A stretch of DNA of 64,000 bases. Source: Epiperipatus broadwayi (taxonomy: Eukaryota; Animalia; Onychophora). The stretch is from positions 28,024,001-28,088,000 of the forward strand of contig JAQFVV010000003.1 of the NCBI GenBank assembly GCA_028023455.1. Direction: 5' to 3'. The notes under the pieces are model-generated. The model saw only the letters and a program-made list of their open reading frames with translations, had not been told where the DNA came from and did no database searches. Positions 24,840 through 38,300 of the stretch are shown here, piece by piece; within the stretch, counting starts at the first letter, position 1; every line of letters begins with the position of its first letter. The translations under genes and the position numbers were made by a program.

Positions 24840-25409
24840 CTGCAATAAAAAAATACACAACCATATTAAAAATTAAATTTACAAAATCCCAATATAATTC
24901 TAAACTATAAAATATTTCTTACTCTTAAATTTTACTCAAATAGCTAAAACATGTTTCCTTAAATTTCTGAGTTATGAACACACACACACATTACTGCAAA
25001 CAAAAATATTTCAAACTAATTAACAATAAAAAAAAAAAATAATAAGGATTTATTATTATTATTTCTAAATATTAATACAATTTATTGAAAATATATTTTG
25101 TTTCAGATCATAATTCTTTATTGGTTGATGAAATTACATTATGGAATTAGATATTTGTTAATAATATAAATATGTAAACAGCTATTCACTTAGGCTTATT
25201 ATTTACATTCAGTTAGTTCATGATTTACTTTCTTTGTTTTATTCTCTACATAAAAATTACCAAATGACCATTGACTAACCAATAATTGATAAGCTATTTG
25301 AATTATTGGTCATCTACTGTAAGAAATTCAAAAGTTGCTCAGAAATCTTTATATATTTAAAAAATTTTCTAATTTCTTATTGAGATTTGTAATTTGATAG
25401 CTTTTTCAT

Positions 25410-27850
25410 TACCATCATTAATTTCATCCACTATAAATCCATTACACAATAAAGATATATCCAAGTTTATACAGGTTCTCTATCAACAGCTATTCATCTT
25501 CACAATATTCTATCAAACTACCTTACTTCATCCATGCATTTTGTCCATGGCATCTTTCTAAGTTTTTCCAATCTCAAGTTTCATTTAAAAACTTTCACCT
25601 ATACATCTATTATGACCATGTGATGTTTAGTGATCTATTTTAAGAATATGTCCCGTCTAGCTCCATTTCACTCAATTCTTTTAATAATGTCAGTAAAATT
25701 GTCCTCATCCATGAATTTTGTTTTCAATCTTTTCATATTATTCTTAGCATATATATCTCTCTCCATATTTCATCGAGTGATCTGAAAGTCTTTGAATAGC
25801 TCTTAAGTCTCCAAGTCTCAGATACAAAAAAACTTATTATATATTAATATATCAATTTATTTAACTTTTAATATGAAAAAGCACTCCAAGCTTAATTCTA
25901 TGTTTAATTTCATCCATTATGTTTTCATTTGCATTAATAATCTGAGCAAGATATTTGTAGTTATTAATTTGTAGTTCGTGATTATCAATCATTTTTTCCC
26001 TAGAAAAATCCATTAAGATTAGACTTATTTGAAAGATTATTTGTAAAAATCATAGCCCCTGAAATAATTAAATAATATCCATTATCTTTTTTCCCCATAA
26101 CTTCTCATTTTAATCCACAAAATACAGGTACAATAAATTGTGGAAATATGGAACCACTCTATCATATACTCTTTTCAATGTTAATTTATTTAATATACCA
26201 TGTAATCTAACAACTACTGATACAATTGCATAAATATTCTTCATAATAACAATATCTTAGTTCTATAACTCTATGATACAAAGTTTTAATCAAAACAAAA
26301 ATTACATAAGTCGAATGCTTTTTCACAATTTTCATACACAAAGCATAATGGCAATTCATATTCACTGGTCTTTTCTAGAATCTCTCCATACATAGACGTG
26401 ATCCACTATGTTAAATTCATTTTTAAATCCAGAATGTTGGTTAGAATCTAAGGTTCGTTGTAAACAAGTTTTAATTATCTTGTAGATTTTGTATAGAACT
26501 AATGGTATAAGTCTGTAATTTCTAATATCTTTATCATTCTCAAATATCAATATTACTAATGCATTCTTCCACTCACCTGGTATATGATTTTGTCAACACT
26601 TGTATCTATTTCTTTCTCTGCTTCTTTTAAAATAATAACTTTATCATTTCCTAGAACTTTTTCCTTTCCTATAAATTCAATTTACATCTAATTTCTACAT
26701 TTAAAATACTCAGCAAATCAGAAGATGCAATAAGAGTAGGGAATATTTTATTTTCTTGTTCTTTATTACTTACTATACAATACTTTCACACATGTCATCT
26801 CTCCTAATATCAAGATGTTTTATATTTTGATAAATTATAAGAACTATTCTGTTATCTTGTTCTTTATTATTACATAATTTTTTCACATATACCATAATGT
26901 CAACTCTCTTTTCATTCAACATCAATATGTTTAACAATTTTCATACTTTTATGCTCTTCTATGCTTTCCTTGCCATTCGCAATTATATTTTCTTATATTA
27001 CTGTTGACATTTTTTCTTACCATTTTACAAAATTAGATATTCAATTCTTAATGAATCACTTTTTTTTTTCCCATTTATTGGTAAATTGCTTTTTTTTTTG
27101 ATAGCAAACCACCATTTAAGTTTTAACATTTTACAAGTTCTAATTTAAATTCTTAGGAATACAATTTAAAAATGTTATTTGGTCTGATCAAAAGCATTTT
27201 ATACTTCCATCACAGATAATTTCTATTAATTTGAGTAACTAATCCTGCCATTTTAAAATTCACAATATTATACCTCCATTATTTTTAATGAAATTTCTCC
27301 TCACCAAATCCAACAATGTCCAATTTAATATTAGATACTTCTTTTCCAATACATGCAATCTTTCTTCACTTGAAAGTGACTTGCAGTTCTGATAACTATA
27401 TAAAAACTAATGAAATAGCTGCCCAGGTCCTAGCACTCTCTACATTCCAATGTCAATCACAGCTTTGGTTGAAAACTTTACAAACTAGGAACTAAAACTT
27501 GTAATTTAGTTGTGTGCCATAATTATCAATATCTATCTAAAACAAAAAAATTGGATCACACATATTCATTCTGCTTTCAGAAAAAAAAAGCAATTGAAAA
27601 GATAGACTATGATGTTTCTTGATAATCTTAAATATAGAGATAAAAATCCAATAAACCCATTGACTGATGAATGGTGATAAACAGCTCATGCATTTTTATT
27701 TATCATATAAATAATCACACAACAACTGCTGTAAATGACAAGAACGTATGTAATGGATATTAGGAATTTGCTCTATTTGGTTCCTTTAAGGCCTTAAACA
27801 AAAATTAGGGTCTTCTTTCAATTAAAAGTCAACTCCTTTCTACACCTTTA
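25410..27850 (-). mobile_element. Older, internally deleted RTE LINE copy including a decayed 5' UTR
   Basis: DKDIRNYRLIPLVLYKIYK...LQRTLD matches the intact neighbour; 27700-27850 is homologous to the neighbour's 5' UTR (31985-32125). Confidence 0.85.
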
Positions 27851-28937
27851 TTTTTATTAAATAATATTAAATTCAGACATCCTTAGAAACTAATTGCTAA
27901 CATTTAAAATATATTTTAACAATATAATTTCAAATACTGTTTAAAAACCATGCTAATTTTTAATCTCAAAAAATTTAAATATAAAGATAGATCTACTTTT
28001 GCATAGTCATCAGTAATTTTAATACATTCTAACTTTTATGTTTATTAGACTAATTTAATATCAAAAATTTATTTTTTTGCAATATTTGTTCTTATGAAAG
28101 AGAAAATTTTATAATTGTATATTTTTCTTTAAAACGGAAGTACATATATCCTGTTAAATTATTCAATGCTATATTCTACCATGTTTTTATTACGTATTAA
28201 TTAATCTTCATGACCAAAATTAACTTTTTTAAAAATACGAGTTCACTCCATTTAAATCATTATTTAATATTTATATATTAATAATAAAGCATTAAAGTTA
28301 TTTCTTTTATTTCCAATAATTTAATAAAATTTCAAAAAAGACTTTATATCACTGTAATTAAAATAACTAATGATTGACCAAGCCCTGAACAGTCATATAG
28401 AACTATAATTACTTGGATAACAAATTTCAATTTCAAAAACTTAAAATGTTTTCAAATTTTGGACTGAATATGAAAAAGTATTAATATTTCATATTATAAA
28501 AGTGAAAAATTCTAATGCTTCCCACTATGGATGATTTAAAATTAGTATGGCATCAAGTTTAGTACTTTGTTATCTCTTGAAAAATTTATACAATAGTTAT
28601 CTCAACTGTAGTCATAATTAACTATAATTTATAATGACAATTTATAGTGGAAAAAGACTAATTAAAAACTATATACTCATTTTTTAAAATAATAGACCTC
28701 CTATTTTAATTTAAAATGAAATCTTTTATTACTAAATAGCTAAAAAAAATACATTATCTATACATTTCTCAGTACAAGATATTGTTCTCTGTTCAACGAT
28801 ATTTTCACTTTTCCACAATCATGGGCAATATATAATCATCATCATCAACCATTATCAATCCACTGCAGGATGAAGGTCTCTCCAAGTTTAATCCATCTTC
28901 TCCGATCTTTAGCTTCTCTTTTCCACAACACCCCTGC

Positions 28938-31799
28938 TCATTTTCTTATTTCATCCATCCATCTCACATGTGGTCTCTTTCTGGGTCTTTTACAATCTCT
29001 TGGAATCCAGTTTAAAATTTCAATTGTCCATCTATTATCATTTCTTCTAGCAATATGTCCAGCCCAACTCCATTTCAATCTTTTAATTTTTTCAATAAGG
29101 TCAGTAACACCTGTTTGTTGTCTTACCCATACATTGTGTTTTCGATCTCTTCTTGTTACTCCCAACATACATCTCTCCATACTCCTTTGAGTGGTCTGAA
29201 GTCTCTGTATTGCTCTTCTATTAAGTGTCCAAGTCTCAGATCCATAAGTAAGAACTGGTAAAACACATTTGTTAAAAACCATTCTTTTCAAACACATAGG
29301 CATATTTCCTTTTAGTATCAAGTTATTTCTACCAAAAGCACTCCAACCAAGTTTAATTCTATGATTAATTTCCTCCATTATGTTTCCATCTGTATTAATA
29401 ATCTGACCTAGGTATTTGTAACTGTTAACTTCTTCTAATTCTTCATAATCAATCTTTATTTTCATATTTTGAGCAAATCGATTAAATATTACTTTAGTCT
29501 TTTTAACATTTATCTTTAGTCCTACTTTTCTACTTTCATCTGCTAACTCCTGCAACATTTCCTGCAGCTCTGAAGCATTATTTGCAAAAACAACTACATC
29601 ATCTGCAAAATCTAAATGACTTAAATACTCTCCATTTACTTTCATTCCTTTAGTTTCCCATTTTAATCCACAAAATACTTCTTGCAGCACTGCTGTAAAA
29701 CGTTTTGGAGATATGGAGTCACCTTGTCTTACACCTTTCTCAATGTTGATTTTTCCAGTATCATTATGTAATCTAATGGTTGCTGTTGCATTTTTATAAA
29801 TATTCTTTAAAATATGACAATATCCTGGATCTATACCTTGATGATCCAATGCTTTAATCACTGAAGAAATGTGTATAGAATCGAATGCCTTTTCATAATC
29901 TACAAATCCAAAACATAATGACAACTCATATTCATTTGTCCTTTCTATGACTTCTCTCAATACCTGGATATGATCTATTGTACTAAAACCACTTTTAAAT
30001 CCAGCTTGTTCTCTTGGTTGGTGGAAATCCAAAGTTCTCTGTAGACGAGTTGTAATTATCTTGGTAAAAATTTTATATAAAACTGATAAAAGGCTGACAG
30101 GTCTGTAATTTCTAATATCTTCTTTATCACCTTTTTTAAATATTAATATTATTACTGCATTCTTCCAATCTTCCGGTACATCTTTATCATTTAGACATTT
30201 GGTATATAACTTTGCTAAAATTGTTTCTATTTCTTCACCTCCTTCTTTTAATATATCAATTATAATTCCATCATTTCCTGGAGCCTTTCCTTTCTTCATA
30301 CATTTAATTGCATGTCTCACTTCTTCATTTAAAATTCTGGGCAATTCAGAAGATGTAATAGATATAGGAGGTACTTGTTCTTTATTACTATATAATTCTT
30401 GATAAAAATCTTCTACCAATTTCACGATGTCATCTCTCTTTTTAGTAATAATTCCATCTTTTTTTCTTATTGCAGATATAAATTGCCTACCAATACCAAA
30501 ATGTTGTTTAACATTCTTGAGACTTTTATTGTCTTCTACAGCTTTCCTTGCTATTTCACAGTTATACTTTCTTATATCATTTTCAACTTTTTTCCGTACC
30601 ATTTTACAAAATTCGAGATATTCAATTCTTTTTAATACATCATTTTTGTATATCTTCATATTCCTTCTTTTCTTCATAAATTCTCTAGTCTCAGTAGAAA
30701 TTTTATTAGTCAATTGCTGCTTTTTTCTACCAGTTATCTTTGTTGCAGTTTTTAAAAGTGTATCAGTTATTTTCATATTAATTTCATTCAAATCTGAATC
30801 ATGTTCAAAATCTAACACTTGAAACCTATTTGTAAGTTCTAATTTAAATTCATTAGAATGTTTCTGAAGATTAGGAACATCAACTGTAAATATTGTTTTT
30901 CTCAATAATTTTTGTCTCTCTAGTTTTACATTAACACGTAACTTACACCTTACTAATCGATGATCACTTCCTGTGTTAAATTTATTAAGAACATTACAAT
31001 CTTGAAATATGTATTTCCTGTTAGTCAAAATATAATCCAATTCTGCTGTACCTTCATTTGGATGCTTCCATGTCCATTTCCTTTTAACATTTTTCTCAAA
31101 AAATGAATTCATAATATAAAGTTTTTCTTTTTCTGCAAACTCCACAAGTCTATGTCCTCTCTCATTTCTATTACCATAACCAAAATTACCTACAGCAATT
31201 TCATCTTTCATTTGTCTACCAATTCTAGCATTAAAGTCTCCCATAACAATTTTAAAATGTTGTTTACTCTGATCAAAAGCCTTTTGTACATCCATATAAA
31301 AATCTTCTACTGCTTCATCACTATGAGAACTTGTTGGGGCATAAACCTGAATTATCTGCATTTGGTATCTGCTATTAAGTTGTATAACTAATCTTGCAAC
31401 TCTGTCCGATACACCATCAATCTCCACAATATTGTTCTTCCACTTTTTATTTATAATGAATCCTACTCCACTTGTATTTCCAATATGTGTGCCTTTATAA
31501 TAGAGTATATGACCACTTTTTAAATCAATTGTTTCTTCACATTTTCTTCTAACTTCACAAAGTCCAATAATGTCCCATTTAATATAAGACAATTCTTCTT
31601 CTAATTCTTGCAATCTTCCTTCACTTGAAAGTGATCTGCAATTGTAAGTACCTAAATAAAAAGTCGTCATCAAATGGCAGCCTGGGTCCACAATCAGGGG
31701 ATTCTTAGCACCCTCCGCCTTCGGCCACCAACCACTGCCTTGGTTGGTGACTTTACAGCCTCCTGGAAATAAGGGCCATGCTTTATTTTTGTCTGTCAT
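28938..31799 (-). CDS. RTE APE endonuclease-reverse transcriptase ORF (953 aa)
   Basis: GTYNCRSL, DIIGLCEVR, VMGDFNA, GSDHRLV (APE); NYRPVSLL, GVRQGDSISP, FADD (RT). The TGA at 28938-28940 looks premature: the frame continues AGVLWKREAKDRRRWIKLGETFILQWIDNG*. Confidence 0.95.
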   Translation of the reverse strand: MTDKNKAWPLFPGGCKVTNQGSGWWPKAEGAKNPLIVDPGCHLMTTFYLGTYNCRSLSSEGRLQELEEELSYIKWDIIGLCEVRRKCEETIDLKSGHILYYKGTHIGNTSGVGFIINKKWKNNIVEIDGVSDRVARLVIQLNSRYQMQIIQVYAPTSSHSDEAVEDFYMDVQKAFDQSKQHFKIVMGDFNARIGRQMKDEIAVGNFGYGNRNERGHRLVEFAEKEKLYIMNSFFEKNVKRKWTWKHPNEGTAELDYILTNRKYIFQDCNVLNKFNTGSDHRLVRCKLRVNVKLERQKLLRKTIFTVDVPNLQKHSNEFKLELTNRFQVLDFEHDSDLNEINMKITDTLLKTATKITGRKKQQLTNKISTETREFMKKRRNMKIYKNDVLKRIEYLEFCKMVRKKVENDIRKYNCEIARKAVEDNKSLKNVKQHFGIGRQFISAIRKKDGIITKKRDDIVKLVEDFYQELYSNKEQVPPISITSSELPRILNEEVRHAIKCMKKGKAPGNDGIIIDILKEGGEEIETILAKLYTKCLNDKDVPEDWKNAVIILIFKKGDKEDIRNYRPVSLLSVLYKIFTKIITTRLQRTLDFHQPREQAGFKSGFSTIDHIQVLREVIERTNEYELSLCFGFVDYEKAFDSIHISSVIKALDHQGIDPGYCHILKNIYKNATATIRLHNDTGKINIEKGVRQGDSISPKRFTAVLQEVFCGLKWETKGMKVNGEYLSHLDFADDVVVFANNASELQEMLQELADESRKVGLKINVKKTKVIFNRFAQNMKIKIDYEELEEVNSYKYLGQIINTDGNIMEEINHRIKLGWSAFGRNNLILKGNMPMCLKRMVFNKCVLPVLTYGSETWTLNRRAIQRLQTTQRSMERCMLGVTRRDRKHNVWVRQQTGVTDLIEKIKRLKWSWAGHIARRNDNRWTIEILNWIPRDCKRPRKRPHVRWMDEIRK

Positions 31800-31959
31800 A
31801 ATTGTATATATGAATTGGAAAAATATTTATCATTTACACAAACATTCATTCTGCCTTATCAGGCACTGAGAAGAAAGACCATGGTGTTTCTCGATCTTAA
31901 ACTCAGAGGTAAAAAGCCAATAAACTCACCACGCTGGCTAATGCGTGTTGGTGAGCAGC

Positions 31960-32125
31960 CCATCCATGTTCGTATACTATATGAATAATCACATAGTAAT
32001 AACAGCTGCAACGACAAGAACGTATGGAGTGGACATTAGGAATTTGCCCTGCTCGGTTCCTTTAAGGCCTCCAAGAGGAATCAAAGGGTCTCCTTTCAGT
32101 TAATAGCAAACTCCTTTCTGCAGCC
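31960..32125 (-). ncRNA. HDV/CPEB3-like self-cleaving ribozyme at the RTE 5' end
   Basis: P1 GGCTGCA(32125-32119)/TGCAGCT(32010-32004) with G.U at position 1; P2 TCCAT(32028-32024)/ATGGA(31967-31963); P3 ACG/CGT with L3 TTCTTGT; P4 TACTATGTGA/TCATATAGTA; J4/2 CGAA with C at 31972. Confidence 0.8.
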
Positions 32126-34699
32126 AATATATAATAGTTTACATAATATATATTGATGACCTAAAGATTCAATCAGAATTGAGAAATTAGTCTGATTTTT
32201 TTAAAAAAAAACTCAACTACTCTCTCCAAATCGTAATGAAAATTTCTATGTTCAATGCATGTCCAGTAATTATAAAATTTTCCCTATTACCACTATAACA
32301 TCTAGGTAAATTCAAGATAACCAAACAAGCAAACACAAATATAAAAATTAGATTGATTAATCCTGAAAATATATCCATATTGTTCTACTTATGTACACCA
32401 AAACAAAGAAACAGGACTCTTCTAGTTCACCAAATTCAGTACATAATATTAACACAATTTTTTTTTGTTAATTACATGATTCATTACAAATTATTTTAAA
32501 TAGCACAAGATTTTATAATATATTGTATTTATTTATAAATTATAGCATCCCTGGAATGTATATTCAATCCCAAAATATGAAAAAATAGATGTAATAAAAA
32601 CATGAATCTTTAATACATCTCTTAAAAATAAAAGAAAAATCAAGCTCACAGTTGAGCCATTTATTTTAATAATGGCCCTTTCTTTATTAATCATAAAGTA
32701 GTGAATATATACAAATAAAATTTTTGACAGGATTTAAATTAACACCATTCTTTAAATTTTCATCAGATATACTCCAAATACATATTGGTCAAATAAATAT
32801 TGAATAAACTTATAGATGTTAATATTCAAAATGACTATGAATGATATCTTTACAATATATGCTTCTAATATTTAATCTATAAACATTTCTTTATACACGC
32901 CAAGATGAAAATTTTTACATTTTACAGCAACCATAACCTAAAGAGTTAAATTATATATTGTGTCAACCAGTATAATGTCAAGCAGAATTTTTTTTTATTT
33001 TCTAATGTTTTTATAGGAAATGTGTTAGTCTAAGAGCATTGAAATAGGTTGCTATGACAATGAAATGTTAGAGCAAGAAATACGTTATGATTGCAACAAA
33101 TTTATAAATTAATTTTATTCATTTAAAACACATATGTAAATAATAAAATTAACAATTTTGATAGTTATTGTTTCTTTAGATCATAAACATTATATATAAA
33201 TATTTAATGTCCTAAACGTATATGTTATTTATAAATATGTAATATTTAAATTGTGAGAATGTAGTAAATTAAAAGTATTATTAGTGTTTTAAAGTGTGAA
33301 TATTATTTGTTATATGTAATGATTATAAAAAATTTATTATTATTATTATTAAACATATATAACGAGTTATCTTGTTTGGAAAGGAGAGTATTCATTAAAT
33401 GTTTAAATTTATCCAGCACATGTGGAGTGATCCCTAATTATTATTATTGTACAAGGAATTTTTAAGTATGGATCACAGTTATTTTGGTATTAGAGTGAAT
33501 AAAGAGCAAAACCTTAATTTTGGAAACGAAAATATCAATTATATGGTTATAAATATGACTAAATGATCCAAATTCACTCTCTAACATCCTGCTACGTTTA
33601 TATATATATTTATTTATTTTAAAAGTATTTGCTTAATAACTTCAAAATGATGTAGAAATTATATTTGTCCAAGAAACTGAACTGGATTGCCAAATATTTG
33701 TCAAAAGGAGAAAAGTAATTTATAGCATTCAAATTCATGTCAAAGGAGAAAAATAATTTATAACATTCAAATTCATTTTAATATTTCCCTATTTAAAAAT
33801 GATTATCACATGTGAACAAAACATTTTAATAAATAAACATTGAAGCTGACAATATACTACTGTATATAAGAATTGTTTCTATCTAGATATTTTATAATAT
33901 CAATGGAATATTGTAACAGGATTTAAATCAATTTATTTCTATATTGTATTGTTGTAAATGGAGACCGGTATCTGTTTATGCAGAATGCCATTACGATATT
34001 AAATGTTTGCTAAATAAGGGATAAAAATAATACTTCAAGAATATTGGAATTTAATATACACATTGTTTTGAATAACTGTTTACGATACTTTTATCCTGTT
34101 TGGATCAGTGAATATCACCAAATTATAGCTCACGAAAAAGTCATTGGAATTATTGCATTTCTTTGAAGTGCCATGCAGGAGGATTGAATTCAAGTTATAT
34201 GTTAATATGTTTTACTTATGTATTTATTTATATATTTTATAAATATTATTGATGACTATATTTTAAGTTAGTTTGTTTTATATGTGTAAAATAAAAGAAA
34301 GTTAAATTTGGTTTAAATTTATATCCTAAATTTTAATGATTAAAACTTTGATTTGAAATAAATATTTATCTGTTGACTGCAAATTACTTTACGATATACA
34401 TTGTAAGTATTGAAAATGTGAAAGGATTGTATTGTAACAATTACTCATTGATGTTTTATTTGGAAAATAAGGTGAATGAATAAACAAACATTATTATTAG
34501 TTTATCTTAATCAATTACTTATAGTTATCATTCTTATATTTTAAAGTGTGCGTGTGCAGCAACATTTTTGCTGTATAAGCACCAGTTTTTATTAATATTA
34601 ATTTAGATGAATCTATTTCATATTTAATTAGAGTGTATGTCACAAAGATTTATTATCTATTTGTAATTTTTTTATATTTATCGTTAATAAATTTTTAAT

Positions 34700-35900
34700 T
34701 CATTTAAACAAATAAACTTGCTTTAGTTGTCATTCAATTAATAATGCAAATCCCTGGCTAAGAAAATTTTAATATATAGTAGTTATATATTGATTTACAC
34801 ATATTTTATAATAATCATAAAATAGTCTGGGAATCAAAACAACTGGATTGGTAAGTGTATGTATTTATTTGCTCTATTAAAAATCCAATATATTATTATT
34901 CAATCTAGGTATACATCTTATATGATAATATATCAATTAATTTGGTATAGCTAGATGTTTAATAATTAATGAGGTCATCACAATTATTTTAAGTTATATG
35001 AAAGTTATTTTTGGATAAAAATTTATATCTGAGCTAGTTCGATAATTTATGAAGTATATTAATTATTTAGGGTAAACAAAGGCGATTATAATTGGATGCC
35101 CGAATTTTCTCTTAAACTATTTATTGGATGTTATAGTAACTTATAATTTAGATGATGTTATAAAATTGATAATTGTATACATTGAAACTAGTATTTAAAT
35201 TACAATAGAATAATTTGTTTTGATTAGACTTAAAACTTATCGATGTAAAATATATATTTAATTTGGATATAAGTTTTTAATATTCATAATCATTTAAAAG
35301 ATTAATGGTATCATATATATATTATGTTATAATTTAGAGTTTAATGACTTGATTTATTGTTTTGAAAATTAACTTGCAATTTGCTAGTTGTATTTGTAGG
35401 AATATCAAATAAGTCTTTCATTTATTTCATGTTGTTATGATTTGGATAGTGATTTATAGGGCTATTTGAGATACTGGCTTCCATTTTCTATCATTATAAG
35501 TTGGCACAAGTGAGGAGTTATTTTAGATGAGTCAATTTTCTATATTGTGTTTTATTAAGAGTTTTAGTATTTGTGAACATTTTATTACATTATGATTTGA
35601 TGTAAAATTTATGGTTTTAAAAGAGAAAATTTTGTTAACGATAGGATAATGTGCATAAGTTTGTAGGATAACAAAGCCTCTTACCATTATTAAGTATTTC
35701 TATTCTCTTACAATATTGGTTTACCTAACAAGGGGATATTAGTATTTATAAGAGTGTTGCTCTGTTAGCATTACTTTCATTTTATTCTGTAAAAATTGGC
35801 TCCCAAATTTACGGTGTGATCTAAATATTAGCTTCTCATATTTTTATTCAGTTACAATTGGCAATCAATGATTAGGATATGCTTTTATTTTATTATAATT
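34700..35900 (+). mobile_element. Highly degenerate LINE RT remnant
   Basis: GVNKGD...LFIG near 35070 resembles GVxQGD..SP.LF; mostly eroded. Confidence 0.3.
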
Positions 35901-36599
35901 GGTGTTCAATTTCATAAGTTATATCAAAGTCTTTCTCTTCTATCCTTATATTTTTAATTGTTACAAATGCCAGACAAATCTGTGGGGCTATTAAATAAGA
36001 ATCTTTCGCTATTTTTATTCTATTACAATATATAAATGGAATTTTTTTTTTTTGTATTTTTATTAAGCATAAAATAATTATATTCATATGAACATTTAAT
36101 TATAAATGGATTATAAAAATAAATTTTTACTAATTACTATCTTAAACTCAAAAGCAATGAAGAGAATATATTACCTCAACAATGATCATTATATATATAT
36201 TTTTTTTACAAATCATCAATAATTAGCTCATATTACATTTTTGAGTGTTGAATACAATTTTTTAAAAAAGTCCAATTTCATTCCATATCATAGCAAAGAT
36301 GTTTGTTTATATATATAAAAAGCATTTTTCTTTAAAAGTGTTAATCAAAAAAAAAAGAAGTACCATTATTTAATGGAAATGAAATTATTTCTAATATATT
36401 ATACATTTTTCAAAACAACTTAAACAAAATATTTTATTAATAAAATGCTTTAAAATAAATAAATAAAATATCTTTTCATACTTTCAACAGGAATTTTTCT
36501 ATAATAGAGACAAAGAAAAAAAGTTGATATTTAACTTTTTATCTTCAGTAAATGTCTAATATTGTTTTTTTTTTTTTAGTTATACAACAACCTTGTCAA

Positions 36600-38300
36600 G
36601 TTTTTATTCTGAACTTATTTCTAAATTCTATAAATTATGTTTCAATGATGAAAAGCATTGATCAAATCCTTATTGACTGTGAAGCAAAAATGATTAAAAA
36701 AAAAAAAAAAATTATATAAGCTTTGTTTCATTCAGACATTAGAAAAACACTCCCAGTTTTCATACAATAACTTTTTTTTAAAGGCTCCAGAACTAATTTA
36801 GTCAAAATACAAATCAAACAACAAATGACTCTTTTTTTGTTTCTTATTTTTGTTTTCAAACTGTTCACCAAAAACCATTTAATTTTTTGATATTAAATAA
36901 ATTATTAAATTTATTTAGACCACAGGGGTTTTTTTTTTCAATTATTAATAAAATATAACCTGTACAAATGTCAACAAAAAATTGATTCACTATTGACTTT
37001 ATTAAGCACTTTCAATTCTACCACTGCAGTCGTAAATTGAAATCATTACCTGTGTAGTTCAAAGTGTTTGTCTACATCTACATAAAACAGTGTTTGTTAA
37101 CATTCATTTACAAACAGATGAAAACAAAGACTCCAATAATGTCTAAGATTAAATCTAAATTGTTTTACTCTTAGATTTGGGGTAAAAAATTTGTCTAACC
37201 TCATAAAAAAATGTTAATTTTTATGAATAATTTTTTCGTTTAATGAGATTTAGTTGAACATCATCTTAATCTAAAAGAATTTCTAGATGGTGAGACTACA
37301 TTTTTAAAGAGTTATTGAAAAATCCAATTTACTTTTAAGATTTTTGTACATTTTCTAAGAGAAAATTCTTCTTTTGATAATTGAAGAAAGACTATGAGGG
37401 GGAAACACAGTCAGAGAGATAAAACATGAGTGTATATGGAGACTAAATTATTCATCAATAGAATTGTTGTCCATAAAATACTTGCATTACAATCCAGTAG
37501 AGCCAGCCAATTTTCCAAAAAGGTAACTACAATTAATTTTTTTTTTTAAATCTAATATTAGATAAATGAGTAAAATAAATTAGATTATAATCCAAGATTA
37601 CTCTTAAGCATGTTCAATCTATTGTTGCAAAATATTTCATTGTTCCTTAGAAAACGATCATTAGGAACAAGACCCCGATCTTTGGGGGGGGGGGGAATGT
37701 TCCTAACATTAACGATTAGCAATATCAACAGCATAAATAAAATTTCTGTATTGTTATAGAACAATAACTGATGAATATATTTAATAAAGTGAGAAAACTG
37801 AACCCCGAGGAAGACAGTTCTGCAAAACTTTGCACCTACTAATGACATTTAGATTTTCCAATTGGAGATCACTCTGTCAAGTAAATTAATGGTTTTCTTG
37901 CATTTAAGGATTTTACAGACTTTTAAAACCTATTTAACCTAATAGAATCATCAACTAAGATTAGACCAGTAAAAGTAACACCAGTTTTTAATTTGTTTTG
38001 AAGGTGTTTTTCTCTATGACTTATTAAAAAAAAAAAAAATTTACAGCCAATTCTTCCAGTTCTGATCTGCTCTGGCAAGCATTCTAACAATCATCAGAAA
38101 ATTGCTAACAAACTTATTAAAACACTAGAACCTAGAAAAATCCAATTTATACAATATCTCATTATAAAATGATTGCTTTTAAATAATCTACATGGTTGTA
38201 AAAACATCTACAGAAGTACAACTCCTGTCACTGCTAGTGAGATTGCCCTTAAATAGTTACAGACCAGACTTCTAAATTAAAGATTGTTGTAAAAAAGGGG
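36600..38300 (+). mobile_element. Degenerate CR1/L2-like LINE remnant
   Basis: VKVTPVF (~37970) and NLQPILPVL (~38040) resemble AKVTPVFK and NYRPISILP. Confidence 0.4.

Larger units (their letters stand above)
28837..32125 (-). mobile_element. Full-length RTE-clade non-LTR retrotransposon
   Basis: (GAT)n 3' tail at 28837-28846; TSD AATATATAAT at 28827-28836 and 32126-32135; single EN-RT ORF; 5' ribozyme. Confidence 0.95.

Noticed and set aside
24665-24910. Plus-strand 81-aa ORF
   Set aside because: Antisense to RBM5/10 exon 4.
28870-31391. Several plus-strand ORFs of 67-131 aa
   Set aside because: Antisense shadows of the RTE ORF.
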